Shown here: positions 27,686 through 39,606 of the stretch, piece after piece | How the letters are laid out: every line of letters begins with the position of its first letter | Position numbering within the stretch: position 1 is the first letter of the stretch | Assembly: GCA_008632985.1 (NCBI GenBank) | Contig: QPGO01000237.1 | Location: forward strand, 1 to 64,000 | From: Psammoneis japonica | Lineage: Eukaryota | Length of the DNA: 64,000 nucleotides | Reading direction: 5' to 3' | Notes under the pieces: generated by a model | What the model saw: only the letters and a program-made list of their open reading frames with translations | What the model was told of the DNA's origin: nothing | The model's database searches: none | Position numbers and translations under genes: made by a program

Positions 27686-27961
27686 TGACAGAAATTGAAG
27701 GCAAATGGCAAGAATTCAAACAATAACTCCTTACTGCTGTCTAAATAGCAGATGAGTCTCCGCTCAGAGACCGTTACAGGAGCCGAGAGACGTGTAAGTC
27801 GGTATAATCGGGCTACTGTTATTATTCTTGTGAGCCTTGTGGCTCGAAAGCAAACTACATCGCGCGTGAACGCGCGGAACTAAAGCACACAAAACTGTGC
27901 GCGGTAAACTAAACAGCGCGCGATGCTTCGCGCGCATCCAAATCCTGTTCAAATCCTGTCA
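27686..27961 (-). repeat. 5' LTR of element B
   Basis: Followed on the minus strand by the PBS-like GATTAACAGTCTTGC and a ~0.9-kb leader. Confidence 0.97.
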
Positions 27962-27966
27962 GCGAG

Positions 27967-29654
27967 CACTGTGACGCCATGCATGAAGACGACTGCAAAA
28001 CACAAGATGACATGGACTCACCATTTGCCTTTTTGGCAAGAACAGACCCAGACACCATGTGTTTTGACCAAGCTATGAATGAACTGGACCGAGACGAGTT
28101 TGTCAAGGCTTGCATCAAGGAAGTCAACCATCACATTGAACGCAAACACTGGAAACTGATTCCCATTGAAGAAGTTCCAGAGGGAGTCAACACACTCCCA
28201 GCGGTGTGGTCTGTGAAGAGAAAGAGAGACATCAAGACAAGAAAGGCACACAAGTGCAAGTCACGGCTCAATGTGCACGGTGGAAAACAAGAGCATGCGG
28301 TCAATTGTTTCCAAACTTACGCAGCAGTTGTCAATTGGAACACTGTGCGGTTCCTGCTGGTGCCATCCGTCCTGAATGGGTGGCATGCAAGACAAGTGGA
28401 CTTCGTTCTCATGCAACCTCATGCCGACATCAAATTTGACATGTGCACGGAGCTGCCAAAAGGTGTTGAAACCAAACCCGGCAATGGCAGAACCCATGCA
28501 TTGAATTCACTCAAGAACCTGCATGGACAGAAGCAAGCAGGGAGAATGTGGGGTGAGCACTTATGAGAAGGATTGTTGAGAATCGGATTTAAACAATCAG
28601 AAGTCGACGAATGCCTTCAACATCGAGGAAATGTTATTTTCATACATTGCGTCGACAGTGGCATTTTCGCATCACCAGACAAAGCTGCTGTTGACAAGGC
28701 AATCGAAGACATCCACAATGCGAACTTCAACATCGATGATCAAGGCAGTGTTGACAACTGCCTCGGTGTAAACATCGAAACACCACCTGTTGGCAGAATG
28801 AAACTGACGCAACTGCAGATGATCAAGCAAATGCTCGAGATGGTGAACTCACCTCACATCGTGTGCCGGACAAGCAGACTCCAGCAGCATCCTCCAAGAT
28901 GCTACATCAACATGAGAACAAAGAATCTTTTGACGGATCCTTTGACTGTCGCAGCATCATTGGCAAACTGAACTTTCTGGAAAAGAGCACTCCACCTGAT
29001 GTCACATGCGCTGTGCATCAAGTCGCGTGATTTTCCAGCAACCCCAAACAATCACACGGTGAGGCAGTGCTGTGGCTCTGTAAGTGCTTGCAGGCAACCA
29101 GACACGAAGGCATCATTCTGGACCCAAAGGAAGACAAGTCATTGGCAGTTTGTGCTGATGCTGACTTTGCAGGCAATTGGAACAAAATGACTGCCCCTTG
29201 CGACATTGGCACTTAAAAGTCCAGAACAGGGTACATCATCACCTGCACAGACTGCCCCACAGTTTGGACATCTAAGCTTCAGACACAAATCGCGCTAAGT
29301 GCGACAGAAGCCGAGTGTGTCGCTCTGTCCGAGAGTCTCCAAAGCGCCATTCCTGTCATCAATTTGATCAAGGAATTTCAAGAGCATGGATGCAAGGTAC
29401 CATCCAAGACTCCATTGGTTCATTGTAAGGCATTCGAAGACAATTCAGGCACATTGGAAATTGCAAGACTGCCCAAGATGAGACCAAGAACCAAGCATTT
29501 CAATGTGGTGCTACATCACTTCAAGGAACATGTTAGGAAGGGAATCATTTCCATTCTACCCATTGACACCACTGATCAAATTGCAGACATGGAGACCAAG
29601 CCAGTGCCTCAAAATGTGTTTGTTCGCCTTCAAAAGAAGCTCCTCAAGTGGTGA
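27967..29654 (+). pseudogene. pol: copia RT and RNase H (element C, resumes after element B)
   Basis: AVWSVKRKR, KSRLNVHG, QVDFV, LHGQKQAGR, CVDSG (degenerate YVDD), ADADFAG, FEDNSG, RTKH, QIADMETK. Confidence 0.92.
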
Positions 29655-29696
29655 ATTAGATCAAGTCACAGCTTTACCCGACACTTTCAAAGGGAG

Positions 29697-30011
29697 TGTG
29701 ACATTTTAGAAAGACTGTGGACATTCCAAAGACGTCCAATCTTCTTAGAGTTTCTACATGGCTGAGTCAGACATCAGAAAGTTTCAATGCAAGTGTCGAA
29801 CCTCCACCGTGACCCTTAGCACGTGTTCTACGTGAGTGACATTCGAAGAATGTCTGTTTTCTGACATGGCATCATCCAAGATCTTTTGGATCACAAAACA
29901 AGAGATTCACTTTTAGATTAGTTTTAGCTCATAATTTCAACTAAGCACAAGTTGGCAAGACAACTCATTGCCAATTTGCTGGCTTTTAGTGCCTTGCACT
30001 GATTGTCAGCA
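29697..30011 (+). repeat. 3' LTR of element C
   Basis: Follows the PPT; direct repeat of 16438-16752. Confidence 0.88.
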
Positions 30012-30069
30012 GTGTGTTCTACAGACAGGACCTGCATCCCAGGTAGAATCCCACATTCCATTGCCTGAA

Positions 30070-30930
30070 AACGCACTCTAGCAACTTGGTGCGCAACTGC
30101 ATTCGTTTGGACACATAAAAGAGAATTCTGATCTGCTCAAGGCATGGAAACAAAAATGCTGCCATCAGAAAGTACTCATTCTGAAGATGGCATCAACACT
30201 GTTTTTTGTTGCAAAACTCCAATTACTTCTGGAGTAACGCCCAGTTCATCAAAACGCACCAGCAATTTGGCGTGCAATTGCGGTGTTGTTTGGACACATA
30301 AAAGACTGTTCTGATCTGCTCAAGGTGTTGAAACAGAAATGCTGCCATTAAAAAGTGCTTGTTCTGTAGATGTCATTGACGCTGTTTGTCATTGCAAAAC
30401 TCCCATTGGTTCTGGAGCAACGCCCAGTTGATGAAAACGCACCAGGAATTTGGCGCGCAATTGCGGTGTCATTTGGATGTGTAAAACAGAATTCTGATCT
30501 GCTCAAGGCATGGAAACAAAAACACTGCCACAAGAAAGTACTCATTCTGCAGATGTCATTAACACTGTTCATTGTTGCAAAACTCCCATCACTTCTGGAG
30601 CAACCTTTGCCTGCAGTTCATGAAAACGGACTGGGAATTTTTGGCGCGCAATTGCGGTGTCATTTGGATGTGTAAAACAGAATTCTGATCTGCTCAAGGT
30701 GTGGAAACAAAAATGCTGCCATTAGAAAGCACTGGTTCTGCAGATGGCACAAACACTGTTTGTTGTTGCAAAACTCCCATTGCTTCTGCAGTGACGCCTG
30801 CCAGCAGTTCATGAAAACGGACTGGGAATTTTTGGCGCGCAATTTTGCGGTGGCATTCAGATGTGTAAAACAGAATTCTGATCTGCTCAAGTTATGGAAA
30901 CAAAAATGCCACCATTGGAAAGTGCTTGGC
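30070..30930. repeat. Tandem array of ~4.6 copies of a 183-193 bp unit
   Basis: TCTGATCTGCTCAAG recurs at 30127, 30310, 30493, 30684, 30877. Confidence 0.92.
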
Positions 30931-30978
30931 AACATGAAACATGCATCCTAATTTATGCCAAGCACAGCCTGATCTTTT

Positions 30979-32055
30979 TCAGGCCTGATCTTTAAAATGC
31001 TCATCTTGCAGCTGCTTGCAATGCTCTTGAAACCTTGAGACGTCGAGACCTGCATCCCTGCCCTGCAAGATCATTGTTGCTACGGATGCCATTGTGTCCA
31101 ACTGAAGCTTCCTCTTCTTGCACTTGTTGAGTTCTCCAATCTCCTCCCTGGATGGGAGGAAAGCCTTGATGTCACTCAAGACTTTGTCTGCCTTCTCTTG
31201 GGTTTTTTCCAAATCCAGCACATGGTCCTTCGACCTGGGCTCCCCCTGCACTTTTCCATCAGGTCTCTCAGAGGGAGTGACAGCAATGCTTGGGACTGGA
31301 TGCTCCTCACTGAATGGTTTTGGAGGTGTAAGTTTGAGTTTGGCTTTGCTTGAAGCATTCGCAGCAGCCACTTCCTCCTTCCTTGCTGTCGCTTCCGACC
31401 TGGATTCTTCGTCCTTTTCTATCAAATCTTTCTGCTCCTTCCACATGGCCAATGCAGAGATCTCACAAGGAGTGCGATGCCCTTCTTCCTTGTTTAAAGC
31501 ACGCTCACCCAACATGTCCATAATGCCCCAGCATTTTTGTTGAAAAGTGCGATGCGCAAACTCACCAGTTGGCTTGAAACAGCAGCGAGCAGGGCCATCA
31601 GGTCCATCACAGAACTCGTCTAGAACTGGCTGCCAGACTGACTTGGTGGTCGCATCTTGTGAAATGTGCTTGATGTGCAGATGCACTTTCTTTGCTTGCA
31701 TGACAAAGAGCAATTCGCACAACAAGCTCTCGTTCTCGGGTTGCAGCAACTTTGGAAGCTTTGGCTTTTTGGTCACTCCTTTCTCCTCGTTGATTAAGTC
31801 AACTGTTGCATCCTCTGTGAGATCAATTGAGAGATTCGTGATTTCCAAAAGAGTTGCTTCTTCCCCATTCAAAGTCATAGAAGGGGCTGGCCTGGACACA
31901 GAAATGATGCTGGCACCGGGGGTCGACTGTCCTGCTCCATCATTTGTGCCAGAACCACCAGATCTGGAAGCTTTCTTCAACTCTTCCAATGCCCATGCAA
32001 ACTTATGATGCTGTGGGTGTTCAGAAGACATGATGATGTGCTGCATGGATGCCAT
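30979..32055 (-). CDS. Probable Harbinger accessory (Myb/SANT-like DNA-binding plus coiled-coil) protein, TA-mutated
   Basis: Open 358-aa frame without Tyr; ESLLCELL...TKSVWQPV..F helical segment followed by charged coiled coil; convergent with the Harbinger transposase once element C is removed. Confidence 0.55.
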   Translation of the reverse strand: MASMQHIIMSSEHPQHHKFAWALEELKKASRSGGSGTNDGAGQSTPGASIISVSRPAPSMTLNGEEATLLEITNLSIDLTEDATVDLINEEKGVTKKPKLPKLLQPENESLLCELLFVMQAKKVHLHIKHISQDATTKSVWQPVLDEFCDGPDGPARCCFKPTGEFAHRTFQQKCWGIMDMLGERALNKEEGHRTPCEISALAMWKEQKDLIEKDEESRSEATARKEEVAAANASSKAKLKLTPPKPFSEEHPVPSIAVTPSERPDGKVQGEPRSKDHVLDLEKTQEKADKVLSDIKAFLPSREEIGELNKCKKRKLQLDTMASVATMILQGRDAGLDVSRFQEHCKQLQDEHFKDQA

Positions 32056-32389
32056 GGCTTGATTGTGATGCTTGTCATGACGATCAATTGATGTGTGTTT
32101 GTTGTTGTGATGGCGGCGATTTTCGCTTTCGTTGCGGAGTTCTCATTCCACCTGAAAGCGTTTCGCTACGTCAAAAATGCGCAGAATTTGTGCCAGAGGG
32201 AATGAATCCTCTTGCAGGTAAAACGGGTTATGATTCACCCCTGAACCTGCAAGAGGGAGCATTTTCTGAGGGTTTGCATGGCTCCTTGCAGGTCAGGTGA
32301 CATCAGGTGGCGCTAAGATGTTTGCACGGTGACGCACGGTGACATCCCAGTTCAAGAAACCCAGAAAAGATGAGCCCTCGAGGGTCAGT

Positions 32390-32983
32390 GAGAACACTCT
32401 GCTGTGATCACCTGAACCGTGGAGCATGCAGTTCCTGTTGCACGTCATGTCTGATGTCATTGAAGCTTGCTTCTTTGCCACTGATGTCAACTCGCTTGGC
32501 AGGCGACTCTCACGACTTGGTCGTTTACACGGAATTGGATTGTCCACTGCCTCTGCATCTTCAGGGTCATCTTCAGGGACATCTTCAGGGTCGTCTTCAG
32601 GTGAGGCAGAGGCCATGAGCTTGTCAGCAGTCTCAACTTCTTCAACATGCTCACAGAATGAGACAAATTCTGGAACAGTGTGTGCCAAGGGATTGAATCC
32701 TTGCAACTTCATCTGGTGCTGCCATGGCTGTGGAATGCCACATTCAAACAAATCAATCAAATCGTCTTCTGACATCGCTTGTGGTGCTGGTCCACCATCT
32801 TGCACAGGTGGAAATTTTGGAACATGCGCATTCATTTCCATGGCACAAGCAACACAGTCGCGCATTTTGATGTTTAACGGTTTTTGCATGAAACGCTTTA
32901 AACAGCATTTTTGTGTCAATGCAGCCCTTTCTGGGAAGACACTTTCAGTGACGGCTGCAACACAACATGCCAGTGACGCCGCT
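32390..32983 (-). pseudogene. gag: Gypsy-type gag (element Y), C-terminal part
   Basis: QK..LKRFMQKP, DLFECGIPQPWQ.QM..QGF, CMLHG..H knuckle; joins in frame to 38343-38590 across element D. Confidence 0.7.
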
Positions 32984-32988
32984 GTTTC

Positions 32989-35900
32989 TGCAAGGTCTAA
33001 CGAGATAAAGACTTGAGTGATGACAAAAGTTGTGAGAGAGAGACCAAGGCAACGAGGTCGCTTTCAGCGAAGCCCGTTGCAACGGCTCCTCTTACATCTA
33101 ACAGGATCATTAACACCACACATCAGAAAAATGGGGTGCGTGACACTGCACTCTTCCCTTCCATGATTCGAATCATGAGAATCATTCGGGACTCCAAAAT
33201 TTTAAAATTTCAATTCAAATTCCATGAGAGGAAACAAGGGAAACCCAAGTGTTGGGGAAAAAACCCTTAACCTCAAACTCGATGTGGTACGACGCGCCAA
33301 ATGTCAAGTCGTTCCACCAAATGAGGCACCCGTTGAACCGCAACAGCACCATTGACATGCACCTGAACAATGGGACAAGGGCCATGTGCTCAAGGTGCGA
33401 GCTTTGAAGGATCAACTGTCTTGACAAGTGCTTGATTGCCAACTTGAAAATCATGAGATCATCGTTTAGCATTTGCTCGGCGGAGATTCGCGTTGACAAT
33501 CACTTGTCGGTGTTCTTGAACAGTGGCAAGATCTGCTAGAACTGGTGGGTCTAAAATCATGTCATGGTGGAACACCATGGCACCGGGTGAAACCTTGAGA
33601 GCTCGGGATGCCACGCATTGCATGGCATGCATTGCTGTTGCCAAAGCATTGTCCACTGGTTGATTGGCCTGTTCGACGTTCTGTGGAGGATAAAGATGAA
33701 GTAAAGTGCATAAGACGTTGCCAATGGTTTGATGCATGCGTTCGCATGCCGCATTGGCTTGTGGATTTCTGGACGCAGTGGGTGCATCTTCCACTCCCGC
33801 CTGTTGCAACAACAGTTGAAAATGTTCTCCAATAAATTCTCTGCCATTGTCATGAATGCAATGATCAGGACGAGGATAATGAGACAACCAACAATTTTGA
33901 AATTGCTGGGAGATGTGTTCGGAGGTTTTGTTGTCCACACGGATGATTTCAGTGACATTCGAAACTGTGCCAATGCAAGTCAAAGCATTGAATTTGATCT
34001 CCTGGTCCTGAGTGTAAATCTTCCAGGGACCAATGAGGTGGACTGCAACTTCATTACATGGTGGCAAAGACGCTTCGCGTTCAGGTAGCTCCCACATCCA
34101 GGACCCAAAGTTTTCAAGCATTGACAATCAGCACAACGAAATTCTTCGCAGGTCCAACAAAGGACAGGATGACAAAAATGCATGCCAATGGTTGAATGCA
34201 TGCAATGCATTCCTGCATGTCCCAATGTCCTGTGATGCCATCGAATCATGTCAGGCAACAGAGCAGCAGGAATGCAGATTTTCCAGTCTGTTGGAGGAGC
34301 ATTGGGATGAGCTCAACAACAAATCACAGGATGTTGGTTCACACATTCAATCACGAATCGTTCCGGATGTTGTTGTCGCATGTTGTTCAATTCCACATCA
34401 ACAAATTGGCACTCTTGAATTCGTTGCACAGTTGTTGGGTTTTGCATTTCATCAAGTGAAGGACAGTTCAAAAACGATTCACACAGTTCCGGATCATCAA
34501 CAAAAGAGGAATGGAATTGAGAGGGTTCTTCTCGACAGCAAGTGAAATGCGACACACGCTCTGGGTTGTCAAGTTCTTCTTCATGAGGCAGCATTGCAGT
34601 GTCGATTGCTTTGAAATCTATCAGTTGCCTTTATTCGGAGCACACTTCCCTTCCATTGGAGGATCCATGCGTGGCAATCGTGAAAAGCAGTCTGCCAACA
34701 GGTTGTCCTTGCCATCAATGTGCTCAAAGGTTGGAGCAAAATCTTCCAAGAAGAGCCTCCACCTGAGCACTCGTTGAGAATTGAGCGTACGAAAGGTGAG
34801 ATTTTTATGATCAGTAAAAACAGTGCAATCAGCTCCAAGTAACATGGAATGGAATTCTTTGAAACACATTGCCACCGCGAGAAGTTCTTTCTCGATGGTT
34901 GAACAATTCTGCTGAGCTGAACTGAGTTTCCGTGACCAACATGCACTGGCTTTTGATCTTGCATGATTGCTGCCCCATTTGACAATCGGAGGAATCGGTG
35001 TAAATGTGGAAGGGCTTGTCATGATTCGGGTAGACCCAAAGGGTGTCATCCATCATCAAAGTCTTCACATCTTCAAAGGCTTTTTGACACTCTGGAGTCC
35101 ATTCCAATTTGCTCTTGCTGGTCAACTTGGTAAGTGGAGCAAGTGCATGAGAACGACAGGGCCACATGTTCCAACAGCAGGTTACCGCGCCGATAAAAGA
35201 TCGTAGTTGCATCACATTCTGAGGAGGTTGCATCTGCAATGCAGCATCAACCTGCTTCTTCCAAGGTCGAACTCCTGTGGGTGTGAGCCAATGGCCCAGA
35301 AAATCAGTCTCTTGGACGCACCACTCGCATTTGAGTGGATTGACCTTGAGATTATTTTCTTCCAGCCTGGACAATGACTTGTCAAGTCGACGCATGTGAG
35401 CATCAAACGAATCATCAAATTGAGCAATGTCATCAATGTGGGCCTCAACATCGAGTCTGTTTGCCGCTTTTTCAATGATGGCTTGAGCAACATCTGGTGA
35501 AGTCTTCAATCCCACAGCTAGTCTGCAATGCCAGAATTTTCCAAATGGAGTGACAATCGTACAAAGGTCCTTGGAGTCGTCGTCCAGCTCAACATGATAA
35601 TAAAACATGGTGAGGTCCAACTTGGTCAAAAATTTGTGCCCTGATCGTCAGTGTAAAACATCTTGAATAATCGGCAGAGGGTAAACTTTCCACTTAAGGA
35701 CCTTGTTCAACTCTCGAAAGTCAGATGCCCACCTCACTCGTCCATCTTTCTTGGGTGTTGCAAAGGTTCCTGCTGCCCATTCCGTTGGTCCCACTGGTTC
35801 TAGCACACCAACATCACAGAGATGTTGCAGCTCCTTCTTAAAAACCGCCTCATCTCATTTGGACGCTTCATGGGCTTTGGAATGAAAGGGAACAGCATTG

Positions 35901-38342
35901 GCATCAACTTCCAAGTGCACAGTCTCGTGTGGACATTTGCCGAGGGTTCCATCAAAAAGAGTTTCATGATTCTCAAGTGCGACTTGAAGTTTATCGCGTT
36001 GCTCCTGCGTCAAAGGAGTTTGCGATTGCACCACTTTTTCGGTTGACACTTTTTCATGCTTTGCATCCAACATGAAGGATTGACTTGATAATTCTTCATC
36101 AGTTTTGTCCTCCTCGTGATCGTCCAGCACATCAACCAATTCTGCACTTGGTTCCAATGATTAGATTGCTTCATCGGGATGCAGCATCCAACCATTTCAC
36201 AACTCCAAACCGGAAATCCAATGCCATGCCGGCTTTAGCCAAGAGTCTTGACCCAATGTCATGTCACACTTGCACGGCAAATCAAACACTTGAGCCACAA
36301 TTCCATCAACTTGCCCAGACTTGTCAAACTCAGGAAGCACCAAATCTTTCATGACAACACATCGGGAGGATTCATGTCATCTCCGGCTGCTGTCTGAAAG
36401 CTCAGTTGTCCCTCATCATTCACAGTTGGATTGGCTCCCTTGGGTAAAACTCGAGAATGCACAAGTGTGTCAGTGCCCCCTGAATCTAACAATGCACGCA
36501 ACACTCGCTTGCTCTCTTGATTTTGAATTGCAGCGCTGCCATTAACGTCGCAGGCACCACATTCAATGGTTCAGGAGTCACAGTTTTTGGGATTGGCACA
36601 GTGCACTCCAAGGCACTGCCCATTTCTTCTTCATTCACAGCACAGGATTCCATCAGGTCCCCCACACTTTCATCAACATTAAAACACATGTGTTCATCAC
36701 AATCACACGAAACATAAAAAAGATTGAGCGACATGCTCTGACTCGGGCACTTCCGTCCCTTGTCAATTACGCCAACTGCATTGGCCTTGAGGAAAATGAC
36801 CACCTTGGTTGCACCCATTTCCACCTCGCGTCTCACAAGGCCCTCCTTGACCAAAATGGTGTGACTCCATTTGCCAGCCACCAGGAGGAGCTGTTCCAGC
36901 CGGATTTCCACAGCCTTGGGCATCACCGTTAGCTTTGGTGCCATTTTGATTTTGACAATGAGATTCTCTGCCTTGGGAATTTTTAGATCCTTGGCAGTTG
37001 CCACATCCTCGGCCACCATAATTGCCTTGATTGCCACAGCTGCCATGTCCTCGACCTTGGAAGTTGCCACGACCTCCTCGGCCTTGTGAACCTCCACCTT
37101 GGAAGTTTCCACGGCCTCCACCTCGACCTCCACCACAACCTCCACAGTCTGTCCTTGGTCAACAGTTTTGGCCACCCGGATTCAGAATGCAATCCTTCCA
37201 TTTGTGGTCATGATTGGCATGCACTGGGCACCCAGACTCTGGTTCAGCTCGAGTGTCATTCCCTCGACTTCGCCCAGAAGCCTGAGAGGATGAAGCATTG
37301 CTCTTTTGCTTCTTGTCCTGTTTCTAGTTGCTGCTCTTGTCAGCAAAGGATTTCTCATTGTTCATGTGGCTGACAATCTCAGCAAGACTGTCGTCAGCTG
37401 TTGATCATCCTGCTCAAGCACACATCTCACGCCACGAACGAGGAAAGCTGTCGAAGATCATCATCTTCTTCTGAGCGTCATCAACTTGATGAGCATTTCC
37501 TGGCAAATTGTTAGAAAAGCGAATTAAGGTCTCCATGCAATCAGCATGTGCCTGCACTTCAGATTTGAACAGTTTCTTCAGGGTCAGTGAGCATTCAATC
37601 ATGGTGTCACGTGCCTCATTGTCACAATAAGACAGGTAAAACCGATTCATCTCTTGATCAAAATGCGCAACAGTTTTGTCAGCATCAGCGATGGCGTCAG
37701 TCAAATTCGCCCATTTGTCCTCAGCAGCATCGGTTGACACTTCTTTGAAATTATCAAACAATTCCTCACCAGCAGTGAACTCCATTTTCACGGCAATCTT
37801 ATGGAAACGATCCTTGACAAACAACAAAGCTTCAACACCATGGGTGCCATCAAAACGCGGACACTTTCGAGTGCGCGTGCTACCATCATCATACGACTGA
37901 TTCAATTTCACGTCCTCCAAATCAGAATGTTCGAATTTTGCCTCACAATCAATGCAGGTTCTTTTAACGAATCACTCATCATACAATGTGGAACACAATT
38001 GCGAAACAGTCCTCTCCAGGGACTCTACCTTTGACTCCAAATGCGTTGTTGTTGTGCTTGTTTCTGGTGGTCAATCGCCCAAGCTGCTGCTCTTGCTCGT
38101 AATTCTCTTTTCTCACGTTCAGTCAATCTGTTTGCATTGTTCCTGGTCTCCATCCAGTTCTTGAGTTGACTGTAATTACAGTGCAAGGTCTAACGAGATG
38201 AAGACTTGAGTGACAACAAAGTTGTGAGAGAGAGACCGAGGCAACGAGGTCACTTTCAGTGAAGCCCGTTACAACGGCTCCTCTTATGTCTAATGGGATC
38301 ATCAATGCCACACATCAGAAAAATAGGGTGCGCGACACTGCA
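32989..38342 (-). mobile_element. Ty3/gypsy LTR retrotransposon (element D), degenerate
   Basis: LTRs 32989-33150 and 38182-38342 with TGCA...TGCA ends; TSD GTTTC at 32984-32988 and 38343-38347; minus-strand PPT at 33151-33163; order gag-PR-RT-RH-IN. Confidence 0.95.
33270..37920 (-). pseudogene. gag-pol: gypsy gag-pol of element D
   Basis: KLDLTMFYY, HIDDI (degenerate YIDD), [59 protein letters not shown]. Confidence 0.92.
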
Positions 38343-38590
38343 GTTTCTGCGTTCTTGTTTGCCGCAGCATTGTCAAAGGCTGTGAGGGCTTCACCCTCTA
38401 ACAGCCTTCTCACAAGTAAAAATTTACCGGGTCCTGTCGCAATGTTTTGTCCAATGCAAATGTGGTCACAGTCCTTTAAGAAAAGGAGCCATTCTTCTGG
38501 TGCCTCCACTGAGAAGTGGGCAACCATAAGTTCACATGTGGGACCATCAGGGTCATTCAGATTTGTACGTAGTTTGTGTGTCTGATGTTG
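38343..38590 (-). pseudogene. gag: Gypsy-type gag (element Y), N-terminal part
   Basis: KLRTN..DPD, PEEWLLF, RRLLEGEALTAF; continues in frame at 32983. Confidence 0.7.
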
Positions 38591-38980
38591 GTTCTCTTTC
38601 AGAACCCTCTTGGCTGGAAAAATTCCGGAGAGAAGCACAAAAAACATGCCAGACCCTACACCACTGGTGGTGTAGAATGGTTCAGGGTGTACACAAATTT
38701 TGCATCACAGTGGTGCACGTTAATTTTGTGAAGTCTTCTACATGCGCAGATTGGCGTGAGCTCCGTACAAAAGCCTCAGAAATTGGAATTTTTGTGCCAT
38801 ACAATCTCAGCACGCAGTGGCGTAGAATTGACAAAAATTGCTCCATTGAGATGTCATATGTTGGGGACGTAGGTGTTGCGCCAACATCACTGCCTCCAAC
38901 ACCACTGCACACATTGATGGAACACGCAACACATCAACGCTATCGTTGCGTTGCCGTAAGCCACAAGTCATCGTTTCACT

Positions 38981-39606
38981 GTGGCGGAACCTCCAGATGA
39001 CACTGGCTCATTGTCAGGAGTTGACCGATGCATTCGTCGCATGTGTCGGTCAGACTGGTTTCTGTCTTTGGACGAGCACGGCATGGTGCACTTAAAAAGC
39101 CTCTGGAACTTGTGGACGGGAGGCAACAAAACACCACAAGGTGCTGGTTGGTGCGGCACTGGACAAGCACATCCACAAGCACTTTCCCAGGGCTATTTAC
39201 ACCATGTGACAAAGCCAGAGACACGAGCTAAGAAGCACAAGCAGGTTGGTCTTACTCAAATGACGATCTTAGGTGCTCCCATGCAAGCATCAAAGTGGGA
39301 TTCTGTCAGAATGAAGAAGGCCTCCAGTGAATTCGAGGTCCCATTTGGGACTCAAATGCTTTGCATCTTTCCTGATGTTTTTGACAGGGACCTCCTGATT
39401 AAAGAGGAAAAGTTCTGTTGTGAACGTATCGACGATAACGGGCGAAAAGTCATGGGCATCAAAAACCCCTGTCCTTGGTGCAGCAGTGACCAACATGTGA
39501 AGTTTGAGAACAAGACGGGCTACAAAAAAGACTCAACACATGCCGCAGCCGGATGCAAATGCAGAGTGCCCATGCTGTCTGCCATTGGAACCTGCAGCAG
39601 TGTCAC
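38981..39606 (+). pseudogene. N-terminal Cys-rich part of an unclassified DDE-type transposase (element H)
   Basis: PCPWC...GTCSSV; joins in frame (GTCSSVT-CAGN) to 53214 after removing element F. Confidence 0.6.

Larger units (their letters stand above)
20855..27961 (-). mobile_element. Near-intact Ty1/copia LTR retrotransposon (element B), 7.1 kb
   Basis: 276-bp LTRs with TGACAG...CTGTCA ends at 27686-27961 and 20855-21130; 5-bp TSD GCGAG at 20850-20854 and 27962-27966; PPT GGGGAG at 21131-21136. Confidence 0.97.
16438..30011 (+). mobile_element. Ty1/copia LTR retrotransposon (element C), split by element B
   Basis: ~315-bp LTRs 16438-16752 and 29697-30011; PPT AAAGGGAG; domain order gag-PR-IN-RT-RH; TSD uncertain. 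Confidence 0.9.

Noticed and set aside
16433..30021. TTCTG/TTCTA as the TSD of element C
   Set aside because: The right copy is offset 5 bp from the apparent LTR end, so it cannot be confirmed.
30070..30930. CRISPR-like array
   Set aside because: Whole ~185-bp units repeat, with no unique spacers and no cas genes.
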